The position numbers were made by a program, and so were the translations under genes. This document shows, piece by piece, positions 47,731 to 57,832 of a DNA stretch of 64,000 nucleotides (position 1 is its first letter; each line of letters opens with the position of its first letter). The notes below the pieces were generated by a model, which searched no databases, was not told the DNA's origin, and saw nothing but the letters and a program-made list of their open reading frames with translations. Origin of the DNA: Acholeplasmatales bacterium (lineage in GTDB: Bacteria; Bacillota_I; Bacilli_A; ML615J-28; CAG-313). The stretch lies in the NCBI GenBank assembly GCA_003539625.1, contig DPOU01000008.1, positions 26,041-90,040 of the forward strand, in the 5' to 3' direction.

Positions 47731-48423
47731 ATGTTAAAGAGTATTTTAAAAACTAAAAAAATATTGTATGTGTTTTTATATGTAGTATTTGTTTTTGTCG
47801 TGTATTTAACATCATCGACTCTAGCAAAATACAGTACTAAACAAGATCCTAGTGGAAACTTTAATATTGGTGATAAGTTATATTTCTGTTATGAACGTGG
47901 TGATTTATATCGTAATAATCAAGTTATAATTGGAGTTCCAATTAATGAATATATTTATGATGAAAATGGTAAAGTGATTGAAGAAGTAAGAAGAATTGAA
48001 ACAATGAATGTTGCGCCAGCAGATACACTAACATATCATTTTAGTGTTGCAAATGTGAATGAAGCAACAGGTGAACAAAATGGTGTAGCAGGATATTTTA
48101 AGATTTCCGCAACTTCTATATTAAGTATGCCCGCATATCGTAATCCTGATGGAACATCACAAGCAAAAACTTGGAACATTGCATGTACAATTTCTTATCG
48201 AAAAGTATATAAAAATGGTACCAAAACGCAATTTAAAAATTTAACAAGTGATGCAAATATTGATTTACCAGTCTATGATGAAAATGACGATAGCACATTT
48301 ATGAAGTATGAATTTCAAGTATATGTAGTATTAGATGATCAAGTAAGAGCAAGTTCAGATGACGATTACGTTGACGCAACATCTACAATATATTTGTTTA
48401 TTGATGCTACTAATAATGATTAG
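47731..48423 (+). CDS. TasA-like secreted protein (putative minor subunit)
   Basis: 230 aa. Signal helix, then STLAKYSTKQ. VAPADTLTYHFSVANVN strand pair. C-terminal TSTIYLFIDAT. Confidence 0.5.
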   Translation: MLKSILKTKKILYVFLYVVFVFVVYLTSSTLAKYSTKQDPSGNFNIGDKLYFCYERGDLYRNNQVIIGVPINEYIYDENGKVIEEVRRIETMNVAPADTLTYHFSVANVNEATGEQNGVAGYFKISATSILSMPAYRNPDGTSQAKTWNIACTISYRKVYKNGTKTQFKNLTSDANIDLPVYDENDDSTFMKYEFQVYVVLDDQVRASSDDDYVDATSTIYLFIDATNND

Positions 48424-48434
48424 GAGGTGCTACG

Positions 48435-49601
48435 ATGAATTTAAAAAAGAAATTCTTTTGTTTACTGACAGTATTAGTAATAATAAGTGGAGTATTGTTT
48501 GCAATGCTAATCAATAGCATTCCTAAACCAGCTGAAATTGAAGGTAAATATATTAAAAGTGAAAAAGATGAAATTAGAGGATATTATACTTCGTTGTACT
48601 TTGATTATACTGGACAAAATTCAGTAGTTGTATTAGAAAATGGTGTAAGTTATGCATCGTTTAAATTAACGAATTATATTGGTGAAGATGTAACCAAACG
48701 TGATATTGAATATAATATAACAACAGTTAAAAAGTTTTATGACGCAAAAGGTAATGAAATAACTAACCCTGATGGTAGTGAGGACTTATATGTATTAGAT
48801 GTATGGGGAACTCCTCAAAAGGTTGGCAATGATACTTGCAAATACGAATTTAAAGTAGTAAGTAATGATGGTGAAAAAAGAGGTGACAACTATCTATTTT
48901 CTTATGAAACTAGTGGTAGCATCTCAATAGGTAAAACTCATAACTTAACAGTTGGAATTAAAAGAAAAAGTGATGTTGAAGAATTGAAAGATACAATAGA
49001 ACATATATCTATTGTAGTCCAACTTAATAAACCATATACACAAGTATATGTTATCAATATGATAGTATCTAATCGTTTAATTGCTTTTTCACAAATTGAT
49101 AATACTTTATTTGATATTGATTTTAAGACATTACAAATTCAAACCGCAAACGTATTTTCACATGCGGGGAAAGATGAAAGATATTCACCAGATGGAACTA
49201 GTCTATACGATGGTAAAGCATTTTTAGTAGAACTTACATGGAAAAATTTAATTTTTAATGAAGATGATTTAAATAAAATACATAATGGCTTTGATTTAGA
49301 ATTACAAGAAAAACTGTTAAGTGGTGATGCAAGTAATATAGATATAAGCAAACCTTATGTTTTTAGTATTACTAGTTCAAATAAATCATCAGGAACGCTG
49401 GTTTTATATATACCACAAGCTGCAGATTTTAGCCTTGATTTTTTACCAACAAATCAAAGTGACTATGAAATTAAGGCCAAAGTAAAAGTTTGTATGAAAG
49501 ATAATGAATATAAGTTATATGATACTAGTCTTGGTGGTTATGAAATGGTAGATGATTACATTATTGTAATGTCAAGTGATAAAACAAAAATTACAAAATA
49601 A
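48435..49601 (+). CDS. secreted or anchored protein with the [AG]KY motif (putative two-domain minor subunit)
   Basis: 388 aa. SD AGGAGG. Signal/TM helix, then IEGKYIKSE. Composition is beta-rich. Confidence 0.45.
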   Translation: MNLKKKFFCLLTVLVIISGVLFAMLINSIPKPAEIEGKYIKSEKDEIRGYYTSLYFDYTGQNSVVVLENGVSYASFKLTNYIGEDVTKRDIEYNITTVKKFYDAKGNEITNPDGSEDLYVLDVWGTPQKVGNDTCKYEFKVVSNDGEKRGDNYLFSYETSGSISIGKTHNLTVGIKRKSDVEELKDTIEHISIVVQLNKPYTQVYVINMIVSNRLIAFSQIDNTLFDIDFKTLQIQTANVFSHAGKDERYSPDGTSLYDGKAFLVELTWKNLIFNEDDLNKIHNGFDLELQEKLLSGDASNIDISKPYVFSITSSNKSSGTLVLYIPQAADFSLDFLPTNQSDYEIKAKVKVCMKDNEYKLYDTSLGGYEMVDDYIIVMSSDKTKITK

Positions 49602-49621
49602 ATAAGAAAGGAGAGCTACCT

Positions 49622-52600
49622 ATGAAAAATAGCTCCAAAAGAATATATATTATTGGTTCCTTTATTATGGTATTGCTAATTGGATTGAGCATTTTTCTAA
49701 TTGGTATGTTATCCAATAATACAAAGAAACCTCAAGCCGAAGATGGTTCAGTATACTATACTATAAAGGTTCCTAAAATAACTGTAGTTTCAATATATGT
49801 AACTGGACAAGGAGTAAATAAAACTTCTTCAACATTATATGAAGACACATATACAGTAGAAGAGGGTACAAAAGTTGTATTAAGAGCAGTGAATGAAACC
49901 AAAATATTTACTAATTGGTTAATAACTGATGAAACTGAAACAACTATTATTGATAATACATCAACAACTGCTCGACTTGAAATAACCCCTAATCAAAATC
50001 TTGTTGTAAGTGTTAACCGTCGTGATCCATTAATAAGTGATTATGGGAAATATATGGCAAATAGCTTTGTATTAACAAAAGATAGTGAATTCTTACTTCT
50101 TCAAAAAATATTTGATGCGGGAGAAGACATTTCAAAGATAACTAATGTCATTGATGCATATGAGTACTTCTTCAAAGAAAGTAGCGATTATCAAAATGAA
50201 ACTAATAAAGTTTCTGCTATAGCAAATAAATATTTTGATATTATCCAAAATGGTTATTATTTAGTATCACACAGTTTTTCTATTTTAAATGGTGGCTTTG
50301 AAGGAATAGGCAATGAAACATATCCTTTCAAGGGTGTCATCTGTGGATTGAATAATAATAGTATATCTAATTTATTTTTAACAATTACTGATGTAGCGGA
50401 AACAGAAACAGGAAATCTATATCGTGGTTTGTTTAAAATCATTGATAATAATGCCTTAATTAGAAATCTTAACATTAATATGTCAATTGGTGTAAATGAT
50501 ACCACTAATAGTACTGGTGTTGATAATGTTTATGCGGGGGGAGTTGCAGGTATAAATAATGGTGCGATTATCATAAATTCTAAAGTTACAACTAGACATT
50601 CAATAATCTGTCAAAATGCTAATATATATGCAGGAAGTATTGCGGGGATGACTAATAACGGAAGTATCGATGATATAAGTGACATAACTTGCAATCAAGC
50701 AAATTCTGCTTGGATAATTGAAACAAAAGCAATAGATAAAAATATATATGCTGGTGTTGTTTCAGGAAAAGCAATTAACACTTATGTAAAGAAAATAGTT
50801 GTTAAAGCAGATAATTTTTCAATCGGCACAAGAAATAATTCTAGTAATGTTTATAGTAGTTCAACAAATATATATTTAGGAACATTATTTGGACAATATA
50901 TTGCAGAAAGTCCAATGAGATTAGAAAATATAGATGTAAACTCAAATGATAGCGTAAATTATCGAGCATTAATTTCAACAGGTAATGCATATGTAAGTCC
51001 ATTTATAGGATATATTAATGCAAGTTCAGATATTATAATTGGTAAAGTAACTCTAAATTTTGGTAAAGCTAAAGCAATGTTTAATGCAACTACAATTGAT
51101 TTAAATAGTAAAGGAAACGTGTACGTTGGTGGATTAGCTGCTAAAGTTGAAGGTAATAATTTGAAAGCTAATGATGATTTTAAATTGTTTATTACAAAAG
51201 AATCAATTGATGGTAAATCATATAATAAATATGGTTCATTATTTACTGGTAATGTAACAATTGAAGCAATGCAAAATGGAACTGGTGATGGAAGTACTTA
51301 TGGAAAAGCCATAACAGGTGGTCTTATTGCAAAGGGATATTTTGATATAAATGGTGATGTAAATAAAAAATCAGAAATTATTTTAAATGATCAATCATCA
51401 ACCTTAAATATCAAATCAATACAATCTTCTACCGCAAGCACTACAAATAGTAATAAATCAGATATTGAACATTGTATTTCAGGATTAGTATTTGGTATTA
51501 TTAGTGAAAATTCTATAAAAGGTTATAATTTCGAATATATTAACATATATGCGAATAATGCAAATATAATTTCAACACGTGAACTTGATTCAAGAAATGT
51601 TGGTGATTTACACACAAGTGGATTTGTGACATATGCAAATGGCGGTACTTTCTCAAACATAAAGATGTTGTTAAATAAGAATGTAATGGAATCAAATAGC
51701 TTATCATATGCAGTTCAATATGGTTCTAGTGCTAGTAGTATAGAAGGAAATAATACTTTTACATCTTCATTTATTGCTGAGGCAAAGGGTGCTACTGTAG
51801 ATAATATTTTAATAACTAGCTATGATTATGAAAAAGAAGAAGAAATTGGAACGGATTTAAAAATATCAGCGATTCAAAATTCACAAACTGGTCAAGTTAA
51901 CAAAAACTATTATTGTGAAAACTATGTTGGTGGTTTAATTGGTAGATTATTTGATACAAATGTAACAAATTGTATATATTATGGTTCATTAAGTGAAGAT
52001 GATTATATTCAAATGCAAGGACATCAAAGTCCGGACTCAGCTTTTATTGGTGGATTAATAGGCTTTATTAAAAATAGTTCAACTGTAACTATAAGTAGCA
52101 ACAGAATAATTAATGTAACAATTTATGGTTCCGCAACTTCAACTAATGCTTCCTATAGTAATCCTGATATATATGTTGGTGGTGTGATTGGAGCTGCATA
52201 TTTTGAAAATTCTAGTATTGCTAGAACAATAAAACTAGATGATAACTATTTATGTAACTGTGATATAGTAGGTATTGGAAATGAAAGAATAGAAGTTTAT
52301 GTTGGTGGTATAATAGCTGGACTTACTTGGGCAAGTTCTACAACTACTATAAGTAATTGCTATGTATATGGATCAAAAATAGTTGCAACAACTAGTGGTA
52401 TAAAAAATAATGGTCATGGTAAAGCATATGCAGGTGGTATTTGCCCTTATGTATTTTCAGCTTCAAGAGTCGTTGTTAAAAACTCAGTTGTTATTAGTAC
52501 AGAGATAAAATCAACAAGTCAAAGTGAAGCAGCATATGCGTATGGTTTAACTGGCGGAAATGGCAAAGCAAATAGTACCATTAATAATTGCTATACAAAT

Positions 52601-55600
52601 GCAGATATTTCAGCAAGTGGAAGTAATGGTTCATATGTATATCCAATTGCTGATGCTTTAAATAATAATTCTGCTGCCAATTATTATGTAAAACAAAACA
52701 TTACTAATATTACTTCTAGTACATATGGGACAGCTTTAGATTTTTCTACTAAATCATTCACAACTTCACAAGCAGTTGATATTTTTACTGAAATGGAAAA
52801 TTCAGACAAATATAGTAATAAATATTATCCAATAATTAAAGGAAAAGATAAATTTGAGGTAGCTTATAATTCCGGGAGCGTGACTACAATTAGTCGTATT
52901 AAAACTAATGTAACTGATGTTGCTGAAATTTGGATTAATGCTAAATCAAGTGGTTCAAGTAGTAGACCAAATAATAGCATATGGGTTTCTAAAGATACAA
53001 TTTTTGATGATGGTTGGTTCAAACTAGGTGAAGTAATGCTTGTGTCAGGAACATCATCAAATGATGCTTATATAACTGATTACCGAATAACTTATTCTAA
53101 AGATGATGCACTATATGAATATAAAGATGGCATGTTTGTCAATAAAAACTATCCATATAATAGTGTTGAAAAAATAGGTTATGAAGAAGCTGATACAAAC
53201 GAACTATTTAATGGTAAAAAAATTCATAAAGAAATTACAATTAAATTAATCGATAGAATGCCAAATTTAAATATTGGTTTTACTTCAACAGGTACATCAT
53301 CAAGTGAATATCAACCAGTTTTCTATGATAAAGATGGCAATGAAATTACTAATTTTTCTTTAGAATATTTTGGTGTATATAACTACGAGTATATTGAAAA
53401 TACCAATTTATGTACTTATGAGTTTACTTTTGTTCCTAATATCGACTATATGCAAAATAATACATTCTATCTACAATTTAAAGTAGGTAGTAGTGATCAA
53501 TACTCTTTAGAAATTATTAAGATAAATTTAATTTGTAATACTATAAATTTAGTTGGTGGTACATATGTAGATTATACAAAACCATTAAACTATGATGAAG
53601 AAAATATTGGAACAAGCGGTAAACCATATTTGATTAGAAAGGGTAGTACTACTAAATTTATCCCAATCATAACAAGAGGAAATGATGAAAATAATACTAG
53701 ATTAATTGATGAATTAAATGTTGATAAAGTAACTTATTCAGTAGATGGTGGTGGAACTATTAATGCCAATGGTGAATTTAAGGCAAATGCTAATGATTCT
53801 TCAACTACAACATATATAGTTACAATAAAATTAAAGAATTCTGATGTATCAATAAAATTATACTTTAAATTAGTTGATAAATATGATGTAACGTATGCAT
53901 CAATAGGCTCAACAATCGATGCCTTGACTTACGCGACAAGTGATGCAAATTACTACATTTTGAAGAGTACAAATCTAGAACATTATGGCGGATTCCCTAA
54001 AAAATTTGACGTTGCTATTGGCAGTGTTACATATGATTTGAATGAAATAATTACTAAAGGATGGATATATGACAAAACTGGTCAAACTATTAATGCTTGG
54101 GATGTAGATGTAGAATATTACGAATTGCGCATTCCTCAAAATAGTATAACTGGTACTATTAACATTGATATTGAATTAAACATTGTATATTCAATTAATT
54201 TTGAACTTCAATGTGAAAACTTTAATCCTAATTTTAGTGGAAATAAGAGTAAAACATTTAAAGTAATTGCTGGAACAAAATTTGGTGAATATTTTACTGA
54301 TAAAATACAAAAAGAAATTAGTTCTTGGGTAGATTCAGCTAGAGTATTTGGTTACGTGCCAAATGGCTTTTATCTTGTTGATTCCGCAAATACCGTAGAA
54401 TCATATGGCGACAGTTTAGATAAAATTATTGAAAATAACATTGAAATTCAAACATCATATTCGTTCTATGCAAGATGGAGCTTCTTAATAGAAATAATTG
54501 AAGCACCAGGTACCAATGTTGTAACAAGTTTCCCTGATAGCTTTATGTATAAATATGGTAAAGATATTAGTGCAGAAATGACTGATGAAGAAATTGCGGC
54601 AATAAAAAAATACAACGAAAGCTTGAGTTTAAATCGCGCAGTAACTATTCCTATTAACAATAATAGAGGTTATATTTTTACAATTGTAAAAGATAAAGGA
54701 TTTATTGGAGAAGCTGAAGTTAAAGCATACATTGTATCAAAAGATTCTAATTCTTCAACTGAAAAAATAATCAAAGAAATAAATGTTGAAAAATATCATG
54801 AGAATATGTATTTGTATTACATAGCTCCTGAAAAAATAACTGGATATCTAGTAATTGTAACGTCAGTAAGTAATTCTGAAATAATTGTTGGTGAGAATAC
54901 CGCAAAAGTTTCGGATGAAATTCTCCCTGAAGATGGTATCTATACATTTAAATATATAGTTAATCATCGCAATACAGAAGATAGTAAGAGTTACATATAT
55001 GATAGTGGTTTAACAAATCGTTCTAGTAATTTAAGCTTAACAAAAGACTTATTAATTCAATTTATGAAACAAACTTATGATTTAACTGGAAGAGTTATAA
55101 ATGCAGATAAACGTAATTTACCAGCTGGCACAACAATAAAAGTATTCTATAATAAATATGTAAATGGAACAAAAAACGATGCGGATACTACGGTTGGTAT
55201 ATATACTGTTACAAGCAAAAAAGGCATATCTGAAGTTAAACTTAGTGAATTTACTAAATTGAACAAAAATGAAAAAGCATTTGAAGATATTACTTTTGAA
55301 GAATTACTTGGTGATAATGAAAGTGTATCTGAAGTATATTACTTTGTAATAACACCACCTAATGGTTACAATATGTATGATGACGAGGGCTATATTGACA
55401 ATAATATGATTTATGTTGGATATTTAGATGAAGCGCGTGAAGATAGATATGTTCACGGAGTAAGATCAAAAGAGGGGTTGGCTAATATTCCTCTAGAAGA
55501 CCAAGATATCTCGCATATAACTGAACCATTATTATTTGAAACTTCATGCCAACAAAAGCTATATTCAGTTACTCCTTCTCGTAATACTACACTTGTAAAA

Positions 55601-56401
55601 AATAGCAATATTAATTATACTTTTACTGATTATACTAAATATTCAATAATTTCGTTTGATATCTTAAATGCTGATGTAATGTTAAATGATGGAATTATAA
55701 AAATGTATGATGATGTAAATAAAAATTCTATAATTAAATCTCACGAAATTATTAATGGTATTTTAGAATTAGAGTTAGTATTAGGATATGGTAAAGGCGA
55801 TATTGTAATATATGCAAGTAAAACAGGAAGTAGTGATAGCTATGTACATGTTGCAACAATAACTGTCGATGATTTTAATTACAAAACATATAAAGTAACT
55901 TTTGATGCAAGTGAAGACTACCATTATTTTATGATTGATAATGCGTCTCAAAATGAAATACACTTGTCAAAAATTGGATATTCAGAAATAAATAAGGGAT
56001 TGTTGTATGAATTTAAAGTATCTGATTTAGTCCAAAAAACAACAAGTGGGACAACTTACACAGTTATGAAAGATATCGTAGGTGATTCAAGACACGATGG
56101 TAAGAGTTTTATTCTAGCAATTCAATATAAAAATGGTAATGATATTGTTAGTAATTTACCAAGTACTGGTATATCAATTACAATTAATGGGGTAACATAT
56201 TTACCTTATGAAAATGACTTACCAGGAAGGCATACTGCTTATTATGATTTATCAAGTATCTTAAAAGATTTAGATTTATCTAGTATTGAAATTACAATTA
56301 ACATACCAGATGGCTATACAATTTCAACAATAGAATTGTTGGAAGCTAAGTCTATTCAAAAGCCTTCAATGGCAGAAATTAGAACAATTTATACATTTTA
56401 A
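49622..56401 (+). CDS. giant N-terminally anchored surface protein with a GLUG-like beta-helix repeat region
   Basis: 2,259 aa. One TM at residues ~9-30. FEGIGNETYPFKGVICG entry motif. At least 9 repeats of Y-[AV]-G-G-[LIV]-[AI]-[GA], several followed by N-C-[IY]-Y (ENYVGGLIGRLFDTNVTNCIYYG, VYVGGIIAGL...ISNCYVYG). A ~1,200-aa beta-rich C-terminal half. No LPXTG. Confidence 0.6.
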   Translation: MKNSSKRIYIIGSFIMVLLIGLSIFLIGMLSNNTKKPQAEDGSVYYTIKVPKITVVSIYVTGQGVNKTSSTLYEDTYTVEEGTKVVLRAVNETKIFTNWLITDETETTIIDNTSTTARLEITPNQNLVVSVNRRDPLISDYGKYMANSFVLTKDSEFLLLQKIFDAGEDISKITNVIDAYEYFFKESSDYQNETNKVSAIANKYFDIIQNGYYLVSHSFSILNGGFEGIGNETYPFKGVICGLNNNSISNLFLTITDVAETETGNLYRGLFKIIDNNALIRNLNINMSIGVNDTTNSTGVDNVYAGGVAGINNGAIIINSKVTTRHSIICQNANIYAGSIAGMTNNGSIDDISDITCNQANSAWIIETKAIDKNIYAGVVSGKAINTYVKKIVVKADNFSIGTRNNSSNVYSSSTNIYLGTLFGQYIAESPMRLENIDVNSNDSVNYRALISTGNAYVSPFIGYINASSDIIIGKVTLNFGKAKAMFNATTIDLNSKGNVYVGGLAAKVEGNNLKANDDFKLFITKESIDGKSYNKYGSLFTGNVTIEAMQNGTGDGSTYGKAITGGLIAKGYFDINGDVNKKSEIILNDQSSTLNIKSIQSSTASTTNSNKSDIEHCISGLVFGIISENSIKGYNFEYINIYANNANIISTRELDSRNVGDLHTSGFVTYANGGTFSNIKMLLNKNVMESNSLSYAVQYGSSASSIEGNNTFTSSFIAEAKGATVDNILITSYDYEKEEEIGTDLKISAIQNSQTGQVNKNYYCENYVGGLIGRLFDTNVTNCIYYGSLSEDDYIQMQGHQSPDSAFIGGLIGFIKNSSTVTISSNRIINVTIYGSATSTNASYSNPDIYVGGVIGAAYFENSSIARTIKLDDNYLCNCDIVGIGNERIEVYVGGIIAGLTWASSTTTISNCYVYGSKIVATTSGIKNNGHGKAYAGGICPYVFSASRVVVKNSVVISTEIKSTSQSEAAYAYGLTGGNGKANSTINNCYTNADISASGSNGSYVYPIADALNNNSAANYYVKQNITNITSSTYGTALDFSTKSFTTSQAVDIFTEMENSDKYSNKYYPIIKGKDKFEVAYNSGSVTTISRIKTNVTDVAEIWINAKSSGSSSRPNNSIWVSKDTIFDDGWFKLGEVMLVSGTSSNDAYITDYRITYSKDDALYEYKDGMFVNKNYPYNSVEKIGYEEADTNELFNGKKIHKEITIKLIDRMPNLNIGFTSTGTSSSEYQPVFYDKDGNEITNFSLEYFGVYNYEYIENTNLCTYEFTFVPNIDYMQNNTFYLQFKVGSSDQYSLEIIKINLICNTINLVGGTYVDYTKPLNYDEENIGTSGKPYLIRKGSTTKFIPIITRGNDENNTRLIDELNVDKVTYSVDGGGTINANGEFKANANDSSTTTYIVTIKLKNSDVSIKLYFKLVDKYDVTYASIGSTIDALTYATSDANYYILKSTNLEHYGGFPKKFDVAIGSVTYDLNEIITKGWIYDKTGQTINAWDVDVEYYELRIPQNSITGTINIDIELNIVYSINFELQCENFNPNFSGNKSKTFKVIAGTKFGEYFTDKIQKEISSWVDSARVFGYVPNGFYLVDSANTVESYGDSLDKIIENNIEIQTSYSFYARWSFLIEIIEAPGTNVVTSFPDSFMYKYGKDISAEMTDEEIAAIKKYNESLSLNRAVTIPINNNRGYIFTIVKDKGFIGEAEVKAYIVSKDSNSSTEKIIKEINVEKYHENMYLYYIAPEKITGYLVIVTSVSNSEIIVGENTAKVSDEILPEDGIYTFKYIVNHRNTEDSKSYIYDSGLTNRSSNLSLTKDLLIQFMKQTYDLTGRVINADKRNLPAGTTIKVFYNKYVNGTKNDADTTVGIYTVTSKKGISEVKLSEFTKLNKNEKAFEDITFEELLGDNESVSEVYYFVITPPNGYNMYDDEGYIDNNMIYVGYLDEAREDRYVHGVRSKEGLANIPLEDQDISHITEPLLFETSCQQKLYSVTPSRNTTLVKNSNINYTFTDYTKYSIISFDILNADVMLNDGIIKMYDDVNKNSIIKSHEIINGILELELVLGYGKGDIVIYASKTGSSDSYVHVATITVDDFNYKTYKVTFDASEDYHYFMIDNASQNEIHLSKIGYSEINKGLLYEFKVSDLVQKTTSGTTYTVMKDIVGDSRHDGKSFILAIQYKNGNDIVSNLPSTGISITINGVTYLPYENDLPGRHTAYYDLSSILKDLDLSSIEITINIPDGYTISTIELLEAKSIQKPSMAEIRTIYTF

Positions 56402-56406
56402 AAAAG

Positions 56407-56437
56407 AACGTCAATCTTTAAAGAGGTTGACGTTTTT
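56407..56437 (+). terminator. rho-independent terminator ending the locus
   Basis: Stem AACGTCAA / TTGACGTT, then TTTT. Confidence 0.7.
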
Positions 56438-56487
56438 GAAAAAATGTGTATAATATATGTAATAAAATGATGTTGGGAGGAGCTATA

Positions 56488-57069
56488 GTGAAAAAAAGAA
56501 ATGAAAAGACTTTTAACAAAAAGAAAAATGAAATAATGGAAATAAGTTATGATTGTTATGCCGAACACGGATTAGCTGGAACAGGGATTAAAACAGTAAT
56601 GGATGCGTGTGGAATGTCTAAGGCAAGTATATATACATATTTCGATAGTATTGATGATTTAATACTTCAATCTACAGCTCATTTTATGATTGAAACTGAG
56701 TTAGCTTATATGAGATTAGCACCTAAGAAAATAGAAGATGTTGATAAATTTATTGATGAAACCCCATATTGGGCTAGTAAAAAATATGGTAAGAAATATC
56801 GACTCATGTACCAAATATATACACATCCCAAATATGTTGATTATGGTAAGAAATTCTTTGATGGTGTAAATAATAGATATATTGAATATTCTGAAACGCT
56901 TGAGAAAAATTTAGGAATACCCAAAGATGAACTATTGCCACTAATTTTTATATTCGTAAATGCAACAATTCACTACTCAGTATTTGAGGATGATTTCTAT
57001 TTAAAAGTTCAATTACAGCTAGTGAAAATGGCAATGGCACAATTAAGTGAAAAATATTTGAAAAAATAA
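56488..57069 (+). CDS. TetR/AcrR family transcriptional regulator
   Basis: Probable GTG start at 56488, 7 nt after GGGAGG. HTH GTGIKTVMDACGMSKASIYTYF. Confidence 0.75.
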   Translation: MKKRNEKTFNKKKNEIMEISYDCYAEHGLAGTGIKTVMDACGMSKASIYTYFDSIDDLILQSTAHFMIETELAYMRLAPKKIEDVDKFIDETPYWASKKYGKKYRLMYQIYTHPKYVDYGKKFFDGVNNRYIEYSETLEKNLGIPKDELLPLIFIFVNATIHYSVFEDDFYLKVQLQLVKMAMAQLSEKYLKK

Positions 57070-57169
57070 TTTTAAAAAACTAACAAAATTGTTACTTTTG
57101 TTGTTGATTTTAATAACAATAAGTATTAAAATAATAGTGCTTTATTAATTATAAAAAAGGAGAATCTTA

Positions 57170-57751
57170 ATGAACAAAGTTAAAAAATTTTTTACAAAGC
57201 TTAAATGGGAAAGTATTATTGCCGCAATATTAGCAATTGTAGTTGGTGTTTTGTTTATTATATTACCTAAAGATTCAGCTGATGTATTATGCTTGATTGC
57301 GGGAATATTATTAATTTGCGCTGGTGCTTTTACACTTGTTGCCTATATTTTTAGTGGTTTCTTTCTTGGAGCTCACTTATTAATAGTAGGCATAATGCTT
57401 ATACTTCTTGGTACTTTCTGTTTGACAAATCCAGAAAATATTATGAAAGTATTAACAGTGTTATTTGGTTTATACATTGTTATTGATGGTACTACATCAA
57501 TTGTTGATAGTGTATATTGTGCAAAAGCAAAAATCAAGGGTTGGGGATTATTATTAGTACTTGCTATCCTTTCAATTGGACTTGGTACTGCCGTAATGTT
57601 TTCAACATTCGATACAATTATGATATTTGCAGGATGCTCATTAATTATTGACGGTGTATGCGATATTATCGAAACCATTGTATTTAGCCACAAGATTAAA
57701 GAAGCTAAGAAGAAATTATTAGAAGGAAGCAAAATTATTGATATAGAATAA
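57170..57751 (+). CDS. DUF308/HdeD-like membrane protein
   Basis: 193 aa. Six TM helices built from repeated G-x-rich helix pairs. Confidence 0.55.
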   Translation: MNKVKKFFTKLKWESIIAAILAIVVGVLFIILPKDSADVLCLIAGILLICAGAFTLVAYIFSGFFLGAHLLIVGIMLILLGTFCLTNPENIMKVLTVLFGLYIVIDGTTSIVDSVYCAKAKIKGWGLLLVLAILSIGLGTAVMFSTFDTIMIFAGCSLIIDGVCDIIETIVFSHKIKEAKKKLLEGSKIIDIE

Positions 57752-57758
57752 TTGAAAG

Positions 57759-57787
57759 TGTCTCTAAATTATTTAGAGACATTTTTT
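57759..57787 (+). terminator. rho-independent terminator
   Basis: Stem TGTCTCTAAA / TTTAGAGACA, then TTTTTT. Confidence 0.8.
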
Positions 57788-57832
57788 CTTCTATTAATAA
57801 TAACTAGTTCATATAATTAAGTGGTGATTAAT

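Noticed and set aside
42028-56401. The locus as a sortase-dependent or type IV pilus cluster.
   Set aside because: There is no sortase, no LPXTG or pilin-motif protein, no prepilin peptidase, no assembly ATPase and no platform protein. The peptidases are SipW-type.
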